Assembly (NCBI GenBank): GCA_964291215.2
Contig: OZ219790.1
Location: forward strand, 1,792,001 to 1,856,000
Direction: 5' to 3'
Source: Alphaproteobacteria bacterium
Lineage (GTDB): Bacteria; Pseudomonadota; Alphaproteobacteria; MPNO01; UBA830
DNA: 64,000 nt
A program made the position numbers and the translations under genes. The notes under the pieces are model-generated. The model was not told where the DNA came from. It was given only the letters and a program-made list of their open reading frames with translations, and ran no database searches. Positions 61,825 through 64,000 of this stretch are shown here, piece by piece. Position 1 is the first letter of the stretch, and every line of letters starts with the position of its first letter.

Positions 61825-64000
61825 GTAACTGCTCACCCCCTGGTTTCGGCTTGATGTCGGGGTAGAGTAACGAACGGGTTTTCGTGGAGATTTGACACTG
61901 CAGGCCGATTCGTTTAGTGGTGGTTATCGAGAACGATGGGGACCGTCAGTGGGCTACTTTGGATCGAAGGCGACGAGCGGGCTGTGCCAGCTGCTTCCGG
62001 GGCTCCAGCCTCCGCATGATCTGTATGTGGAAACGCATCTCGGAGGCGGTGCGCTGATGAAGCGCAAGGCGGAGTACCGGAAGATGCCGCCGGGCGAGCG
62101 CCAGGCGATGCTCGCGGCGAGGCCGGGTGATGGCGACGGGCGGCGCGCGAGGAGTTCGAAGCGGCCAGGATCGCGGCGCTGCCGGCAAGGTGTCGGAAGA
62201 GGCCGTGATCCGCGTCCTCGACATCCTCATCGTCGTCCTTCTGGAGAAGACCACGTACGAGCCGGAACTCCGGTCTGCCGCCGTCACAGACGGACGAGAG
62301 CGTGCCGGGAGCAACGGCCCGAAGCCAAACCAGCAGATGGGCGACAACCTGCGCAAGACCATCGTCGAGGAGACGGTCGCGGCCTGCGACGCCTGCGGCG
62401 CCGACGGCCCCGTCGAGCGCCGCACGACATCGTGTTCGAGGTCGCGCCGCGCCGAGATCAAGGAATGCCCGAAGTGCAAGGGCCGGTTCCCCGACAACAT
62501 CCCGTACAGTACGGCATCCAGGCCCTCGTCATCAACCTGCTGGTCGCCCAGATGCTGTCCCTGCGCCGTCGCGCTCGTGCAGGCGATATCAAGCTCTCCG
62601 AGGCCTCGGCTATGCTTTCACGATGCGTCATGGGAGGAGGCCGCCGTGGCGCACCTCCTGCAACGCCCGATGTCGACGATTTCGGATCAACAGCAAGTGG
62701 CTCCATGTCGTCGGGACGTGCAAGTTCCCGCACCGCAAGCAAGAGATCGGCCCGTGCTACAAGGGCGTCCTGGGCCTCGTACATGGCAGTGTAGCCACCA
62801 GCGGCAGCCACCTGCTGCGCGAACTGACCTTCGTCGTCGAGGCTACCGCGCGACTGATGAAGAGCCTGCTCCCTGCCACAAGATCAACAAGAGCGCATCC
62901 AAGACCCTGAACGAGGCCGGGCGCTACCGCACCATCAGGGCGCCAAGGAACTGCCCGACATCCCGACGAAAGGAAAACGTGGACGCATCGCAAACGCGCA
63001 CAACCTGCACGAACGTCTCGTGAAATACGAAAACCTGCGCTTCACAGACGACCATCGCGGTAGGGAACCGGGTTACCCCCCGCACAGAACCGGACGTGCG
63101 CTGTTCGCTCCTCCCCTGACGACAAGGCGCTGGTTTGGCCACGGGCTCAGTGGGCAGCGGTGAGGGTGTCTGTGTCCCCGGTGAAGTCCTTTTGCGAGCG
63201 TCGCCGAAGGGCACGCAGCTGTTTGCATTGGTGTATGAACTTCTGCAGGCTGCTTCCTGGAACGGCGTAGTAGCAGCCGTTGATAACTCACCACTTGGCC
63301 GTTTCGTGCCGGTTATCGTGCCACCGCTTGCGCAAGGCCTCCTTGATCCGCCGCAGGGTGCCCGTTTGCGACCGACCCTGAACCTGCCTTTCCTCGTCTG
63401 TTCGCAGAAGTGCGTCATGCCGAGGAAGTCGAACGTCTTGTCCACGCTTCCGGCGGTTCGCTCTGGCAAACCGACCGAACTCGATGATTTTCCGGGTGCA
63501 GTTCAAGTGGGCCAGTCTCTCCCCAAGGTCTCAGCGCCGCCCAGATGCTGAAAGCCGCACACGAAGTCGTCCGCATAATGATCGTGTCCCGCTTGCGCCA
63601 GTGGTTCTGGAACCAGTCGCACGTAGGTTCGCAAGGCGCCGCCCCTTGCGGTGTTCCCTTGCCAGTCGGTCCCTTCCATGACGCCGGCGTCACTTGATGA
63701 TCAGACCCCCCGATCCGTTTCCCGAGCATCGCGACCAGATGGTCGAGATTGTCGAAGGGGCGTCAACGATCCAGTTGACCTTCCGCCGTTCCACCGTGAC
63801 GGCGCATGATGCGCCCCGGCCGGAACCGAGGAACTCCGTCTCGCGGCACCAGAATCACACCGCCCGCTGAAGAATCTTGTCCGAGGCAAGTTGCCCCTCC
63901 TTGGGTATGTAAACCCTGGAGGCGCCCGCCCCTGTGCACACGGGCGTGCAGCAGTTCCACACCCTCCGCGTACGCTTGCCACACAACGCCCCGCCGCCGC
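61825..64000 (+). mobile_element. Degenerate IS66-family element, copy 4 (contains intron; runs off window)
   Basis: Left end GTAACTGCTCACCCC; near-identical to 5750-7950. Confidence 0.92.
63054..64000 (-). mobile_element. Second degenerate group II intron copy (partial)
   Basis: Same junction GACGACC|ATCGCGG as at 6983; domain V partly deleted. Confidence 0.88.

Overview
High-GC alphaproteobacterial chromosome segment (Rhodospirillales-like, judged from DUF2794, GcrA-like, YcgN and YggS/L,D-transpeptidase/response-regulator genes). Intact core and catabolic genes are interrupted by three mobile-DNA clusters (about 3.8-9.2 kb, 32.5-41.3 kb and 61.8-64 kb). Main points: (1) a probable selenoprotein (42647-44281, minus strand) split in the ORF track at an in-frame UGA that sits in a UxxC motif and is followed by a perfect SECIS-like hairpin; (2) four copies plus one end fragment of a non-autonomous IS66-family element carrying a DNA adenine methylase remnant, two of them invaded at the same nucleotide by a group II intron; (3) dense, often microhomology-flanked small deletions in the IS66, intron, ISAs1 and ISAzo13 remnants, while neighbouring non-repeat DNA is untouched; (4) a four-gene cobalt thiocyanate-hydrolase/nitrile-hydratase-like operon with a split beta subunit, divergent from UbiD and bicupin genes; (5) a mobile mystery protein A/B pair with 33-bp-phased operator-like palindromes. 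No rRNA, tRNA or CRISPR array was recognised. All family calls come from motif recognition by eye, not database searches.
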